NCBI GenBank assembly: GCA_964443295.1
Contig: CAYUCH010000004.1
Coordinates: 1 to 57,734, forward strand
Length of the DNA stretch: 57,734 nt
Direction of reading: 5' to 3'
DNA from: an uncultured Desulfobulbia bacterium
Lineage (GTDB): Bacteria; Desulfobacterota; Desulfobulbia; Desulfobulbales; CG2-30-60-27
This document shows, piece after piece, positions 35,900 through 45,294 of the stretch; position 1 is the first letter of the stretch, and every line of letters begins with the position of its first letter. The notes under the pieces are model-generated. The model was not told the DNA's origin and searched no databases. It worked only from the letters and a program-made list of their open reading frames with translations. The translations under genes were made by a program, and so were the position numbers.

Positions 35900-38311
35900 T
35901 TAATCACGCATCTTACCCTGAAATTTCTCCAAAACCAATTTGGTCAATTTTGAGTGAACTTTATCCACGGTTTTATCATCTAAGGTTTTCTCAGTGGAGC
36001 GATAGGTAACTGTCAATGCTACACTTTTTTGTCCATCATCAATGGGCTTGCCACGATAAATGTCAAATAGCTCCACCTTTTCAACTAAGGATTCACCGGC
36101 TTCTTCAATGGTGCTCAACAGGTCACCCACTGCCACTTCTTCTCCAACCACAATGGCTAAATCCCAACGAACCGAAGGAAATTTAGAGAGGGGTTGAAAT
36201 TGCTGTTCAGTTGCCGGTAAACCAGTCAAAACTTCTAAATCAAGATCAAGGTAGAACACTTTCTGTTTAATGCCAAACTCAGCGGCCAGAGAAGCATTCA
36301 ACTCACCGAATTCTCCAACCACCTGCTCGCCGATTGAAAGCTGAAGACATGCTCCTGGTATTGCAAATTCACCATCATTGGCTTCCATGCTGACGTGCAG
36401 AAGATCCAGCTCATCAAAAATTGCAGATACCACACCCTTCATGTCTTGAAGATCACTATTATCAGAGCCGAAATGAACAACCGGTGACTGGGGGTGCCGA
36501 CGACCGGTCATCACCGCACTCAAACGAAGGTTTTCATGGGGTTGTTCAACATTTGTAGGCAGAAAGACCTTGCCAATCTCAAACAGCCGCAGATCAACAT
36601 TCTGATGATTAATATTACGGCGGACATTCTCAAGTATACCGGGAAGCAGCATGGTGCGCATAACGCCCTGGTCATCTGCCAGAGGATTGAGAAGCTTCAC
36701 ACATGTACGGGCTGCATGTTCATCATGCAAGCCGAGCATATCAAAATGCTTCGGCGCCACAAAGCTGTAGTTGATGGCTTCATAAAAGCCAAGGGCCGGC
36801 ATGAGAGTGGCCAACTTCTTATGAAGGTTACGTTCCTTGTCCTGCTCCGGAAAGCTCATGGGAACCATGGGCAGTGAGGTAGGAATCTCATTATAACCAA
36901 TGAGGCGGGCAATCTCTTCTACCAGGTCTATCTCCCTCTCCAAGTCGACCCGGAAAGAAGGTATGGTAACCACGAGAGTGTCTTCATCCTTTTTGACAGC
37001 AGAGATATCAATACTGTCCAACAGGCTTATTGTTTTTTCTGCATCAAGCTCTACACCGAGAAGATCAGCAGTACGTGCCACACGCAGGGTAAGCTCAGGT
37101 GAAGCCTTGACACCTTCACAATAATCAACTCCACCATCAACTACCTGCGCACCTGCAACTTCACATAAAAGCTGCACTGCACGCTCCATAGCCTTGGGAG
37201 CCAACTCAGGATCAACCCCCCGTTCAAAGCGATAGGAAGCATCGGTTCCCAGGCCAAGCACCCGGGCCGAACGCCTGATGGAAATGGGATTAAAACAGGC
37301 TGATTCAAGGAGAATCTCTGTGGTTGCGTCACCTACTTCAGAATTCTCACCGCCCATGACACCGGCCACAGCCACCGGTTTTTCAGCATCACAGATGAGG
37401 AGCATTTCAGTATCAAGATCCCGCACTGTACCATCAAGGGTGGTTATTTTTTCACCCTCTTTGGCACGTCGGATAATAATGGAACTCTGGGCCAATTTCT
37501 TAAAATCAAAGGCATGAAGGGGTTGACCATATTCCAACATCACAAAATTGGTGATATCTACCACATTGTTAATGGGGCGTAGGCCAACAGACAATAAACG
37601 ACGTCTCAGCCACCATGGTGAAGGACCAATGGTTACATTCTGGAGGAGCCGAGCCGCGTAGCGCGGACAATCATCCGATGATTCAACGGTAATGGAAAAG
37701 GGAATGTTTTCACCGGTTAATGCGGGAAGATCTTCAGGTGTTACCGGTTCTTTTATTTTATTACCGACAAATGACCCTGCTTCTCTGGCGATTCCCATGA
37801 CACTTGTACAGTCAGGCCGGTTGGGGGTCAAATCTACTTCAATCAGTGTGTCCTGCAGATCAAGAGCCTCACCCAATGAAGAACCGGATTGCAGTTCCTC
37901 GGGTAAGTCCATAATTCCTGCATGGTCTTCACTGATATCCAGGTCTTTTTCTGAACACAGCATTCCTTCAGAAACTTCGCCTCGAATCTTGCTCATGCCA
38001 ATTTTCATTCCTGATTGCAATTCCGTACCAGGCAAGGCAATTCCGGTCAACATACCGACCCGGGCGTTTGGAGCACCACACACTACTCGCTTGGTTTCAT
38101 TGCCAACTTCAATATCGCAAAGCACAAGTTTGTCAGCATTAGGATGGGGCAGAACCTCGACAATTTTTGCGACCTTAACACCTTCCAGATCCTCGAACAA
38201 AGAATCAACTGCATCAACTTCGAGGCCGGCCATGGTCAAACGGTCGGCCAAATCTCCAGGAGGAAGGTCAATATCGATGTACTGCTGTAGCCAATCCAGG
38301 GTGAATTTCAT
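35900..38311 (-). CDS. pheT: Phenylalanine--tRNA ligase beta subunit
   Basis: HPNADKL, VVCGAPN, TPNRPDC, RFERGVD, REIDLVEEIAR, C-terminal FDX-ACB domain. Confidence 0.98.
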   Translation of the reverse strand: MKFTLDWLQQYIDIDLPPGDLADRLTMAGLEVDAVDSLFEDLEGVKVAKIVEVLPHPNADKLVLCDIEVGNETKRVVCGAPNARVGMLTGIALPGTELQSGMKIGMSKIRGEVSEGMLCSEKDLDISEDHAGIMDLPEELQSGSSLGEALDLQDTLIEVDLTPNRPDCTSVMGIAREAGSFVGNKIKEPVTPEDLPALTGENIPFSITVESSDDCPRYAARLLQNVTIGPSPWWLRRRLLSVGLRPINNVVDITNFVMLEYGQPLHAFDFKKLAQSSIIIRRAKEGEKITTLDGTVRDLDTEMLLICDAEKPVAVAGVMGGENSEVGDATTEILLESACFNPISIRRSARVLGLGTDASYRFERGVDPELAPKAMERAVQLLCEVAGAQVVDGGVDYCEGVKASPELTLRVARTADLLGVELDAEKTISLLDSIDISAVKKDEDTLVVTIPSFRVDLEREIDLVEEIARLIGYNEIPTSLPMVPMSFPEQDKERNLHKKLATLMPALGFYEAINYSFVAPKHFDMLGLHDEHAARTCVKLLNPLADDQGVMRTMLLPGILENVRRNINHQNVDLRLFEIGKVFLPTNVEQPHENLRLSAVMTGRRHPQSPVVHFGSDNSDLQDMKGVVSAIFDELDLLHVSMEANDGEFAIPGACLQLSIGEQVVGEFGELNASLAAEFGIKQKVFYLDLDLEVLTGLPATEQQFQPLSKFPSVRWDLAIVVGEEVAVGDLLSTIEEAGESLVEKVELFDIYRGKPIDDGQKSVALTVTYRSTEKTLDDKTVDKVHSKLTKLVLEKFQGKMRD

Positions 38312-38364
38312 GGTGTACTCAAGGAGTGAATAGGCCTTTTGAGCCTAGGATAATTTTTATTTTT

Positions 38365-39375
38365 TTAAAACTGAGACAGAAAACGCAAATCATTTTCGTA
38401 AAAAAGGCGAATATCCGTAATACCGTATTTCAGCATGGCTATTCGCTCAATTCCCAAACCAAATGCAAAGCCACTATACTCATCTGGATCATAATTAACC
38501 ATTTTAAATACTTCCGGGTCAATTAATCCAGCCCCTAAAATTTCCAGCCAACCAGTCTTCTTACACACTCGGCAGCCATCACCACCACAGATAACACATC
38601 CGATATCAACTTCGGCACTGGGCTCTGTGAAAGGGAAAAAACTGGGGCGAAATCGTATAGGCGTTTTTTCGTCAAACATCTTGGCAATAAAAACCGACAG
38701 CACCCCTTTCAAGTCTCCAAATGAGACTTTGCGATCAACCAGAAAACCCTCTACCTGGTGAAACATGGGGGTGTGGGTAATATCTGAGTCACAACGATAT
38801 ACTTTGCCCGGTGCAATCATCCGCAAAGGCGGTTCTTTCTCTTGCATAGCCCGAATCTGCATGGGTGACGTGTGGGTCCGCAGGAGGACCGAGTCACTGA
38901 CGTAGAAAGTATCGTGCATATCTCGGGCAGGATGATGGGGTGGAATGTTTAGTGCTTCGAAATTATAAAAATCCAGCTCAACATCCGGGCCTTCAGCAAC
39001 TGCAAAACCAAGCCCTTCAAAGATACTGCATACCTCTTCCATAACCTGGGATACAGGATGCAGCTTGCCAAAAGGAGCCACTCTTCCCGGCATGGTCAGG
39101 TCGGCTTGTTTTGTTGCCGTAGAGGCGGCAGACGTTTCAAGCTCTGCTTTGCGGGCTTCAAAACCCTGCTCCAGCTCACGACGAACCTCATTGGCCAGCT
39201 TGCCAAGACGAGGGCGATCTTCAGCCGCAACATCTCCAAGCTTGCGCATGAGAGATGTGAGCATTCCCTTTCGTCCTAGATATTTGACGCGAAAGGGTTC
39301 AAGGTCGGCACTGTCACATACGTCTCCGACAGCCGCCTGTGCCTCTTCCTTTAATTGAAGGAGCTCAGTTTCCAT
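38365..39375 (-). CDS. pheS: Phenylalanine--tRNA ligase alpha subunit
   Basis: HPARDMHDTFY, LLRTHTSP, FRPSFFPFTEPS, GFAFGLGIERIAML. Confidence 0.98.
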   Translation of the reverse strand: METELLQLKEEAQAAVGDVCDSADLEPFRVKYLGRKGMLTSLMRKLGDVAAEDRPRLGKLANEVRRELEQGFEARKAELETSAASTATKQADLTMPGRVAPFGKLHPVSQVMEEVCSIFEGLGFAVAEGPDVELDFYNFEALNIPPHHPARDMHDTFYVSDSVLLRTHTSPMQIRAMQEKEPPLRMIAPGKVYRCDSDITHTPMFHQVEGFLVDRKVSFGDLKGVLSVFIAKMFDEKTPIRFRPSFFPFTEPSAEVDIGCVICGGDGCRVCKKTGWLEILGAGLIDPEVFKMVNYDPDEYSGFAFGLGIERIAMLKYGITDIRLFYENDLRFLSQF

Positions 39376-39408
39376 AATTGTTTAGGAGCTTCAGAAATAC
39401 AGATGCGA

Positions 39409-39756
39409 TTACTGATTTGACGCTTCAACAAGTTTGGTGAAAGCAGCAGGATCCAAAACAGCCATATTTGCCAACACTTTACGGTCCAGCTCCACATTGG
39501 CCGCTTTCAGGCTTCCCATGAGTCTGCTGTATGAAATACCGTTTTGCTTGGCTGCAGCACCAATGCGTACGATCCACAATTTCCTGAAATCACGTTTTTT
39601 AGTACGTCGATCCCGATAGGCATATGCTAAAGCACGATCAACGGCCTCAGTGGCGGTACGAAACAGACGATGACGACCTCCAACATATCCTTTGGCCATC
39701 TTCAGGATCTTTTTTCTTCTACGCCGCGCTTTAAATCCGCGTGTAACCCTGGGCAT
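39409..39756 (-). CDS. rplT: 50S ribosomal protein L20
   Basis: MPRV…AKGY.G…YAYRDR…[12 protein letters not shown]…LDRKVLA. Confidence 0.98.
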   Translation of the reverse strand: MPRVTRGFKARRRRKKILKMAKGYVGGRHRLFRTATEAVDRALAYAYRDRRTKKRDFRKLWIVRIGAAAKQNGISYSRLMGSLKAANVELDRKVLANMAVLDPAAFTKLVEASNQ

Positions 39757-39861
39757 TGTTCACTCTCCTCATCAAATGGAAATGGAGGCTCGCAAGCCTC
39801 CTTTTCTCGCTTTTCTCATACGGCGGGATTCCGCCGATATTATTAAAATATAAAAACTCCA

Positions 39862-40006
39862 TAGTGTCTGTTCAGAAATGAGGCATTTTGTTCGAGATCA
39901 AGGACTAGCAAAATTAAAAAGCGCAGCATATTAGGCATATGTGAGCATTTTTCATTTTGCTATGACGCAGAGATCGGACAAAAGGGCCTTTTCTGGACGG
40001 GCACTA
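39862..40006. mobile_element. MITE-like palindromic element between rpmI and rplT
   Basis: Terminal IRs TAGTGTCTGTTCAGAAA / TTTCTGGACGGGCACTA with TA at both ends; nested stems TAGCAAAAT / ATTTTGCTA; its end coincides with the rpmI TAG stop. Confidence 0.75.
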
Positions 40007-40201
40007 CATGTAGGGCAGCATACGCTTAACAGCTTTCAAGTTTGCATCATCAACGATCTCTGATTGACGCAGACCTCGCTTTCTTTTGGTGGATTTCTTG
40101 GTCAATATATGACTTTTGAAAGCCTTGCAGCGAACCACCTTGCCAGTGCCGGTGGTTTTGAAGCGTTTTGCCGCTCCTCGGTTGGTTTTCATCTTAGGCA
40201 T
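40004..40201 (-). CDS. rpmI: 50S ribosomal protein L35
   Basis: [19 protein letters not shown]…HILTKKS.KRKR.LR; ATG at 40201 with AGGAG SD. Confidence 0.98.
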   Translation of the reverse strand: MPKMKTNRGAAKRFKTTGTGKVVRCKAFKSHILTKKSTKRKRGLRQSEIVDDANLKAVKRMLPYM

Positions 40202-40281
40202 GTTACATCTCCTTTTGTCAAAAGTCGGTTCACGATGGAAATACATTGCTGGTTCCCGACTTTCGGTACTTCATTCACATA

Positions 40282-40827
40282 TTATTTCGGCCCCAAAAAC
40301 ATTGCCATCTGGCGGCCTTCCATCTTCGGTGGTTGCAGAACAACGGCTTCATCTTCCAATCCTGCAATAATTTTTTCTAAAACTTCACGGCCAAGTGTGT
40401 CGGCATAAATGATTTCCCTGCCACGAAAACGGAGAGTCACTTTCACCTTATTTTTCTGGGCCAAAAATTTCTTTATATTTCTAATCTTAAAATTCAGATC
40501 ATGGGTTTCGGTTTTGGGCCGTAGCTTAATTTCTTTAACCTCGACCACGGCTTGTTTCTTTTTAGCTTCCTGCTGCTTTTTACTCATTTCGTACCGATAT
40601 TTGCCATAATCCATAATGCGGCAAACAGGCGGTACAGCAGTTGGCGAAACCTCAACAAGATCAAGACCAACGTCTTCGGCCCTTGACAGGCCTTCATCCA
40701 CAGACATGACTCCGAGTTGTTCACCTGTGTCACCAATAACCCGAATCTCATCGGCCCGAATCATGGTGTTCACTCGTGCTCGAGCTTCACGCCCCCCACG
40801 CTGATTGTTCTTTCTTCTACCCTTAAT
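40282..40827 (-). CDS. infC: Translation initiation factor IF-3 (ATT start)
   Basis: LDLVEVSP…PPVCRIMDYGKY…KEIKLRP…VKVTLRFRGRE; in-frame ATT at 40827-40825 preceded by GGAGGAGG. Confidence 0.96.
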   Translation of the reverse strand: MKGRRKNNQRGGREARARVNTMIRADEIRVIGDTGEQLGVMSVDEGLSRAEDVGLDLVEVSPTAVPPVCRIMDYGKYRYEMSKKQQEAKKKQAVVEVKEIKLRPKTETHDLNFKIRNIKKFLAQKNKVKVTLRFRGREIIYADTLGREVLEKIIAGLEDEAVVLQPPKMEGRQMAMFLGPK

Positions 40828-40935
40828 TGGCTACCTCCTCCAAAATACCATTAATAACGTGCAACCTTTTCAGATGCTTTCTTGCAGACAATCACTTAGA
40901 TTAAATAGGTCTTATAAAGAAGTCAACCAGATATG

Positions 40936-42864
40936 TTACCAGCCCCTTCCTTCTTCATTCTCTTTTCGGACCATTTCAGCAAATTCAGTAACCGACATCG
41001 CAGGTAAATTTTTGCCATTTCGCAGGCGTACGGTCACTGTTTTATCTTCCATCTCCTTATCCCCGATAATAACCATATAGGGAATTTTCTGGAGCTGGGC
41101 TTCACGGATTTTAAAATTAAGTTTCTCGTTGCGGAAATCCTGTTCAACACGAACGCCAGTAGCCCTGAGTGAATCAAACACCTCCTTGGCAAAGGCAAGC
41201 TGATTATCCGTTATATTAAGAATTCGTGCCTGCACAGGTGCCATCCAAATTGGAAAAGCACCGGCATAATGCTCAATCAAAACACCAAAAAATCGCTCCA
41301 AGGATCCCATCAAAGCCCGATGAATCATGATGGGTTGATGTTCCTTACCATCCTCTCCAATATATCCGACATCGAAACGTTCCGGCAGATTAAAATCTAC
41401 CTGGATGGTAGAACATTGCCAAGAACGACCGATCACATCTTTAATCTTAATGTCGATTTTCGGACCGTAAAAAACTCCTTCACCGGGATCTATCTCGTAA
41501 TCCAGACCTTTTTTCTCCAAGGCCATTTTCAGGGCATCAGTGGATTGTTGCCAATGTTCTTCACTGCCGACATATTTATCTGGCCGAGTGGAAAGATAAA
41601 TGTCGTAATCATCAAAACCAAAAGTCTTCAAAATATGAAGATTCAAGTCCAGGATATTAAAAATTTCCTCTTCCAATTGATCTGGAAGACAAAAAATATG
41701 CGCATCATCCTGAGTAAAACCCCGAACTCGCATGAGCCCGTGTAAAACACCAGTTCGCTCATAACGATACACTGTTCCCAATTCAGCCCAGCGAATAGGA
41801 AATTCGCGATAGCTGCGTTTCTTTGTTTTATATATACCAATATGAAATGGGCAGTTCATAGGTTTGAGCTGATAGCTGACCTCATCAATATCCATGTGTG
41901 AAAACATGTTCTCACTATAGAAATCAAGATGGCCACTGGTCTGCCAAAGTTCCTTTTTGGCAATGTGAGGTGTGGAGACCAGCTCATACCCTTTGCGGTA
42001 ATGTTCTTCTTTCCAATAATCTTCTATTATCTTACGAAGCAGTGCCCCCTTGGGCTGCCATAGGATGAGACCTGGACCAACCTGATCATTAATGGAAAAA
42101 AGTTCCAGGTCTTTACCAAGCTTACGATGATCCCGTTTCTTGGCTTCTTCCAACTGATTCAAATATGCCTTCAGGGCCTTGCCATCGAAAAAAGCTGTAC
42201 CGTACAGACGCTGCAGCATGATGTTATTCTCATCACCGCGCCAGTATGCACCTGCCAGCTTTATTATTTTAAATGCTCGTACCATGCCGGAATGGGCCAC
42301 ATGGGGACCACGGCATAAATCAACAAAATCACCCTGCCGGTAAAGTGAGACCTCATCACCTTCTATTTCTTCAAGCAGCTCTACTTTATAATTCTGTCCT
42401 TGAGACTTAAAGAGCTCAACAGCCTCAGATACAGAAACCGTCTCTTTTGTAAAAGGCTCGTTCTGCGAGACAATCTCTTTTACTTTGGCTTCGATTTTCT
42501 CGAAATCATCCGGGGTAAAAGGCTCTTGCCGCTCAAAATCATAGTAAAAACCATCAGAGACAGCCGGACCGATGGCCACTTTGACGTCGGAACCAAACAA
42601 ATCTAAAACAGCCTGGGCCATGAGATGGGCTGCACTATGCCGCAGAATATCAAGACCTTCGCTGGAACCCGTTTTAATGGAGACCAATTCAGCGTCCTGG
42701 TTTAATTGATCACGAAGGTCAAGCAGGTCATCACCATGTTTAACCGCCATGGTGCGTTTTCGCTCCTTGCTGGAAACAAGACCACGAACTGCCTCTTCCA
42801 CTTTTGTACCAACTGGAAAAGGTTTGGACTCTCCGCCGTTTATGGAAACCTGGATATCTGCCAT
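40936..42864 (-). CDS. thrS: Threonine--tRNA ligase
   Basis: HSAAHLMAQA, DLCRGPH, RDHRKLG, KPMNCP, RVRGFTQDDAH, FYGPKID, HRALMGSLERF. Confidence 0.98.
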   Translation of the reverse strand: MADIQVSINGGESKPFPVGTKVEEAVRGLVSSKERKRTMAVKHGDDLLDLRDQLNQDAELVSIKTGSSEGLDILRHSAAHLMAQAVLDLFGSDVKVAIGPAVSDGFYYDFERQEPFTPDDFEKIEAKVKEIVSQNEPFTKETVSVSEAVELFKSQGQNYKVELLEEIEGDEVSLYRQGDFVDLCRGPHVAHSGMVRAFKIIKLAGAYWRGDENNIMLQRLYGTAFFDGKALKAYLNQLEEAKKRDHRKLGKDLELFSINDQVGPGLILWQPKGALLRKIIEDYWKEEHYRKGYELVSTPHIAKKELWQTSGHLDFYSENMFSHMDIDEVSYQLKPMNCPFHIGIYKTKKRSYREFPIRWAELGTVYRYERTGVLHGLMRVRGFTQDDAHIFCLPDQLEEEIFNILDLNLHILKTFGFDDYDIYLSTRPDKYVGSEEHWQQSTDALKMALEKKGLDYEIDPGEGVFYGPKIDIKIKDVIGRSWQCSTIQVDFNLPERFDVGYIGEDGKEHQPIMIHRALMGSLERFFGVLIEHYAGAFPIWMAPVQARILNITDNQLAFAKEVFDSLRATGVRVEQDFRNEKLNFKIREAQLQKIPYMVIIGDKEMEDKTVTVRLRNGKNLPAMSVTEFAEMVRKENEEGRGW

Positions 42865-42979
42865 TAACCTATACTTTCTCACTATAAAAGTTCATAACAC
42901 GCAAAAAATAGTGCGCCTGAACAACAGAAGCTCCACAGGCAAACCTGCGAAGCTTACTCACAAAATAACCAAGAAAGAA

Positions 42980-43054
42980 TGGTAGGCGCGGGCGGTTTTG
43001 AACCGCCGACCTCTACCGTGTCAAGGTAGCGCTCTCCCCCTGAGCTACGCGCCT
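42980..43054 (-). tRNA. tRNA-Val (GAC)
   Basis: AGGCGCGTAGCTCAG…CTACC-TTGACAC-GGTAG…GGTTCAAAACC…GCGCCTACCA. Confidence 0.96.
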
Positions 43055-43169
43055 ATTCTTCCTGCACAAACTTTTAAAACCGCGAATCAAAAACCAACAG
43101 CACACGATCCCAAAAAGTTCAACCGGATTCAGTTACCAATATTCACCATATATGTCAAGGAGATTCACG

Positions 43170-43790
43170 CTACTCCGATGTTTCTTTTAACTGCATTTCT
43201 TTACGGGATTCCACCGCTCGAGCCAGGGTCAATTCATCGGCATATTTTATATCCATACCCATGGGAATGCCAAAAGCCAGCCTGGTGAGTCGAACATTTT
43301 CTTTTTGCAAACGCTGTATCAGGTAGGCCGCGGTAGCCTCACCAGGTACTGTCGAACTGGTTGCAACAAGCACTTCTCTGATGGACTCATTTCGAATTCT
43401 GGACAAGAGAGCATTGACCCGAATATCATCAGGTCCAACGCCGTCCATTGGTGATAAAGCGCCATGTAAAATATGATATCTCCCCCGGTAGGAAGCCGTT
43501 TTTTCAATGGCCATTAAATCAGCTGGCTCTTCCACTACGCACAGTATTGAATTATCACGCTTGGGATCATCACAGATCGAACACGGATCTGTATCGGAAA
43601 ATGCAAAGCAAAAAGAGCATTGTTTTATTGACTCATGCAGGCCCAGAAGATCCCGACCAAGGGTCTGCGCCTCCGTTGCCGGTCTTCTCAGCAAATGAAG
43701 CGACAAACGGGTGGCGGTTTTTTTCCCGATGCCAGGTAATCGTGCAAAATCATCAATTAACCGCTCAAGAGCAGGCGGGATCAGGTTCAT
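43170..43790 (-). CDS. recR: Recombination protein RecR
   Basis: LPGIGKKTA.RL, C..C…C.IC, CVVE, YHILHG.LSPMDG.GP; likely start ATG 43790. Confidence 0.97.
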   Translation of the reverse strand: MNLIPPALERLIDDFARLPGIGKKTATRLSLHLLRRPATEAQTLGRDLLGLHESIKQCSFCFAFSDTDPCSICDDPKRDNSILCVVEEPADLMAIEKTASYRGRYHILHGALSPMDGVGPDDIRVNALLSRIRNESIREVLVATSSTVPGEATAAYLIQRLQKENVRLTRLAFGIPMGMDIKYADELTLARAVESRKEMQLKETSE

Positions 43791-43877
43791 CAAAGACCTC
43801 TTCACTCCATTCAATCGGAGAAAATTTATTTTTTTCACTCATTTGCTAATAACATCACACTATAAAGGAATTACACA

Positions 43878-44867
43878 TTATTCCTGCAAATGAACTGCCC
43901 TTTGAAATCGAGAGCGATATTCCGAAGGTCGTATACCAGCAACCTTGACAAACACTTTCCGAAAATAGCTGCTGTCTTCATACCCAACCTCATAGCTTAT
44001 TTGATCAAATGAGCTGTTGTCAGTTTCTAGAATTTTCTTCGCCCTATCAACTCTGACCCTTTGCAAATATGTCAGAGGGGTATCTCCCGTGGCTGCCTTA
44101 AAACGGCGTTCAAACGCTCTCCGCCCTAAACCGATATTTTGGGCCAGAGTGGTGATGCAGACATTTTTAGAATATCTTTTTTCAATGACCCGTTGTGCTT
44201 CCTTAATCTCATTATCATTGTGATTTCGTTGAAAATTAAATGCTGTGTATGGGCTTTGATAGACACGCCCTATATCATGAACCAAAGACTTTGCACATTT
44301 TACCGCCACCCGATGTCCGGCAAATTTTTCAACCAAATAAATCGAAAGATCAATACAGGAATTAAAAGCCCCGGAGCAGTATATTCCACCTGCATCGGTA
44401 AACAGTCTTTCCGGCTTCAATAACACCTTGGGATAGCGTCTCCTAAACTCATCGGCAATCCCCCAGTGTGTGGTGGCATCCTTGCCATCCAACAAACCTG
44501 TTTCTGCCAAAACAAAAGTACCAGAACAGACACTGGCAAGTTGAGAACCATTTGCATACATCTTTTTCAGCCAAGGGACTATTTCTCCCTGAGACGAAAG
44601 CGTTTCATCGATATTTAAAATTGCTGAAATAATTACAAGATCCGTCTTTTCTACGTCTTCCATTGCCCTGTGGGGTTCAATGGCCAGTTGGTTGAGACAT
44701 TTCGCAGGAATACCGCGTGGAGTAACAACTTCAACTTCGAAATAGGGAGTAACTTTCTCGCCACAGGAGACATTCCAAAGGACACCGGATAACTGAAAAA
44801 CATCCATAGGAGCAGTTACGGTGGTTGATGCAGCGCCATCAAGGGCCAAAATTGTGATTTTCCTCAT
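43878..44867 (-). CDS. GlxA/FtrA-family regulator (DJ-1/PfpI-like + AraC HTH)
   Basis: ASVCSGTFVLAETGLLDGKDATTHW; RRFKAATG.TP..YLQ.VR…A..LE; VGYED.S.FR..F…G..P..YR. Confidence 0.93.
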   Translation of the reverse strand: MRKITILALDGAASTTVTAPMDVFQLSGVLWNVSCGEKVTPYFEVEVVTPRGIPAKCLNQLAIEPHRAMEDVEKTDLVIISAILNIDETLSSQGEIVPWLKKMYANGSQLASVCSGTFVLAETGLLDGKDATTHWGIADEFRRRYPKVLLKPERLFTDAGGIYCSGAFNSCIDLSIYLVEKFAGHRVAVKCAKSLVHDIGRVYQSPYTAFNFQRNHNDNEIKEAQRVIEKRYSKNVCITTLAQNIGLGRRAFERRFKAATGDTPLTYLQRVRVDRAKKILETDNSSFDQISYEVGYEDSSYFRKVFVKVAGIRPSEYRSRFQRAVHLQE

Positions 44868-44944
44868 TTCTCCCCTTGTATTTTATATGCTCTCAGTTCC
44901 TTCAGTATGCTGGTATAAATCTAACCTGTACATATTTAATACCG

Positions 44945-45262
44945 TTAAAACAACCCAGGTACGGAAATCCCACCTGTAAGTTTTGACATCTCTGCCTGGG
45001 CCTCATCTCGAGCGCGTCGGAGAGCTTCATTTACCGCTGCCACCACCAAGTCTTGCAACATTGCTGGATCATTGGGATCTATAGCTTCTTTTTCAATATG
45101 CAGTGAAAGCAACTCTTGCTTGCCATTCACTGTGGCACTCACCATGCCACCGCCGACAGTTGAAGAAACGTGTTTCTTAGCCAATTCATCTTGCAGCTTG
45201 CCCATATTTTCTTGGAATTGCTGGGCCTGTTGCATTATTTGTTGCATATCCATGTTGTTCAC
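44945..45262 (-). CDS. ybaB: YbaB/EbfC nucleoid-associated protein
   Basis: MQQAQQFQ…GGGMV.ATVNG…DP.D..MLQDLVVAAVNEA; follows dnaX. Confidence 0.95.
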   Translation of the reverse strand: MNNMDMQQIMQQAQQFQENMGKLQDELAKKHVSSTVGGGMVSATVNGKQELLSLHIEKEAIDPNDPAMLQDLVVAAVNEALRRARDEAQAEMSKLTGGISVPGLF

Positions 45263-45294
45263 CTAAAAACAGTCTTAAAAATTGATCTACAAAA

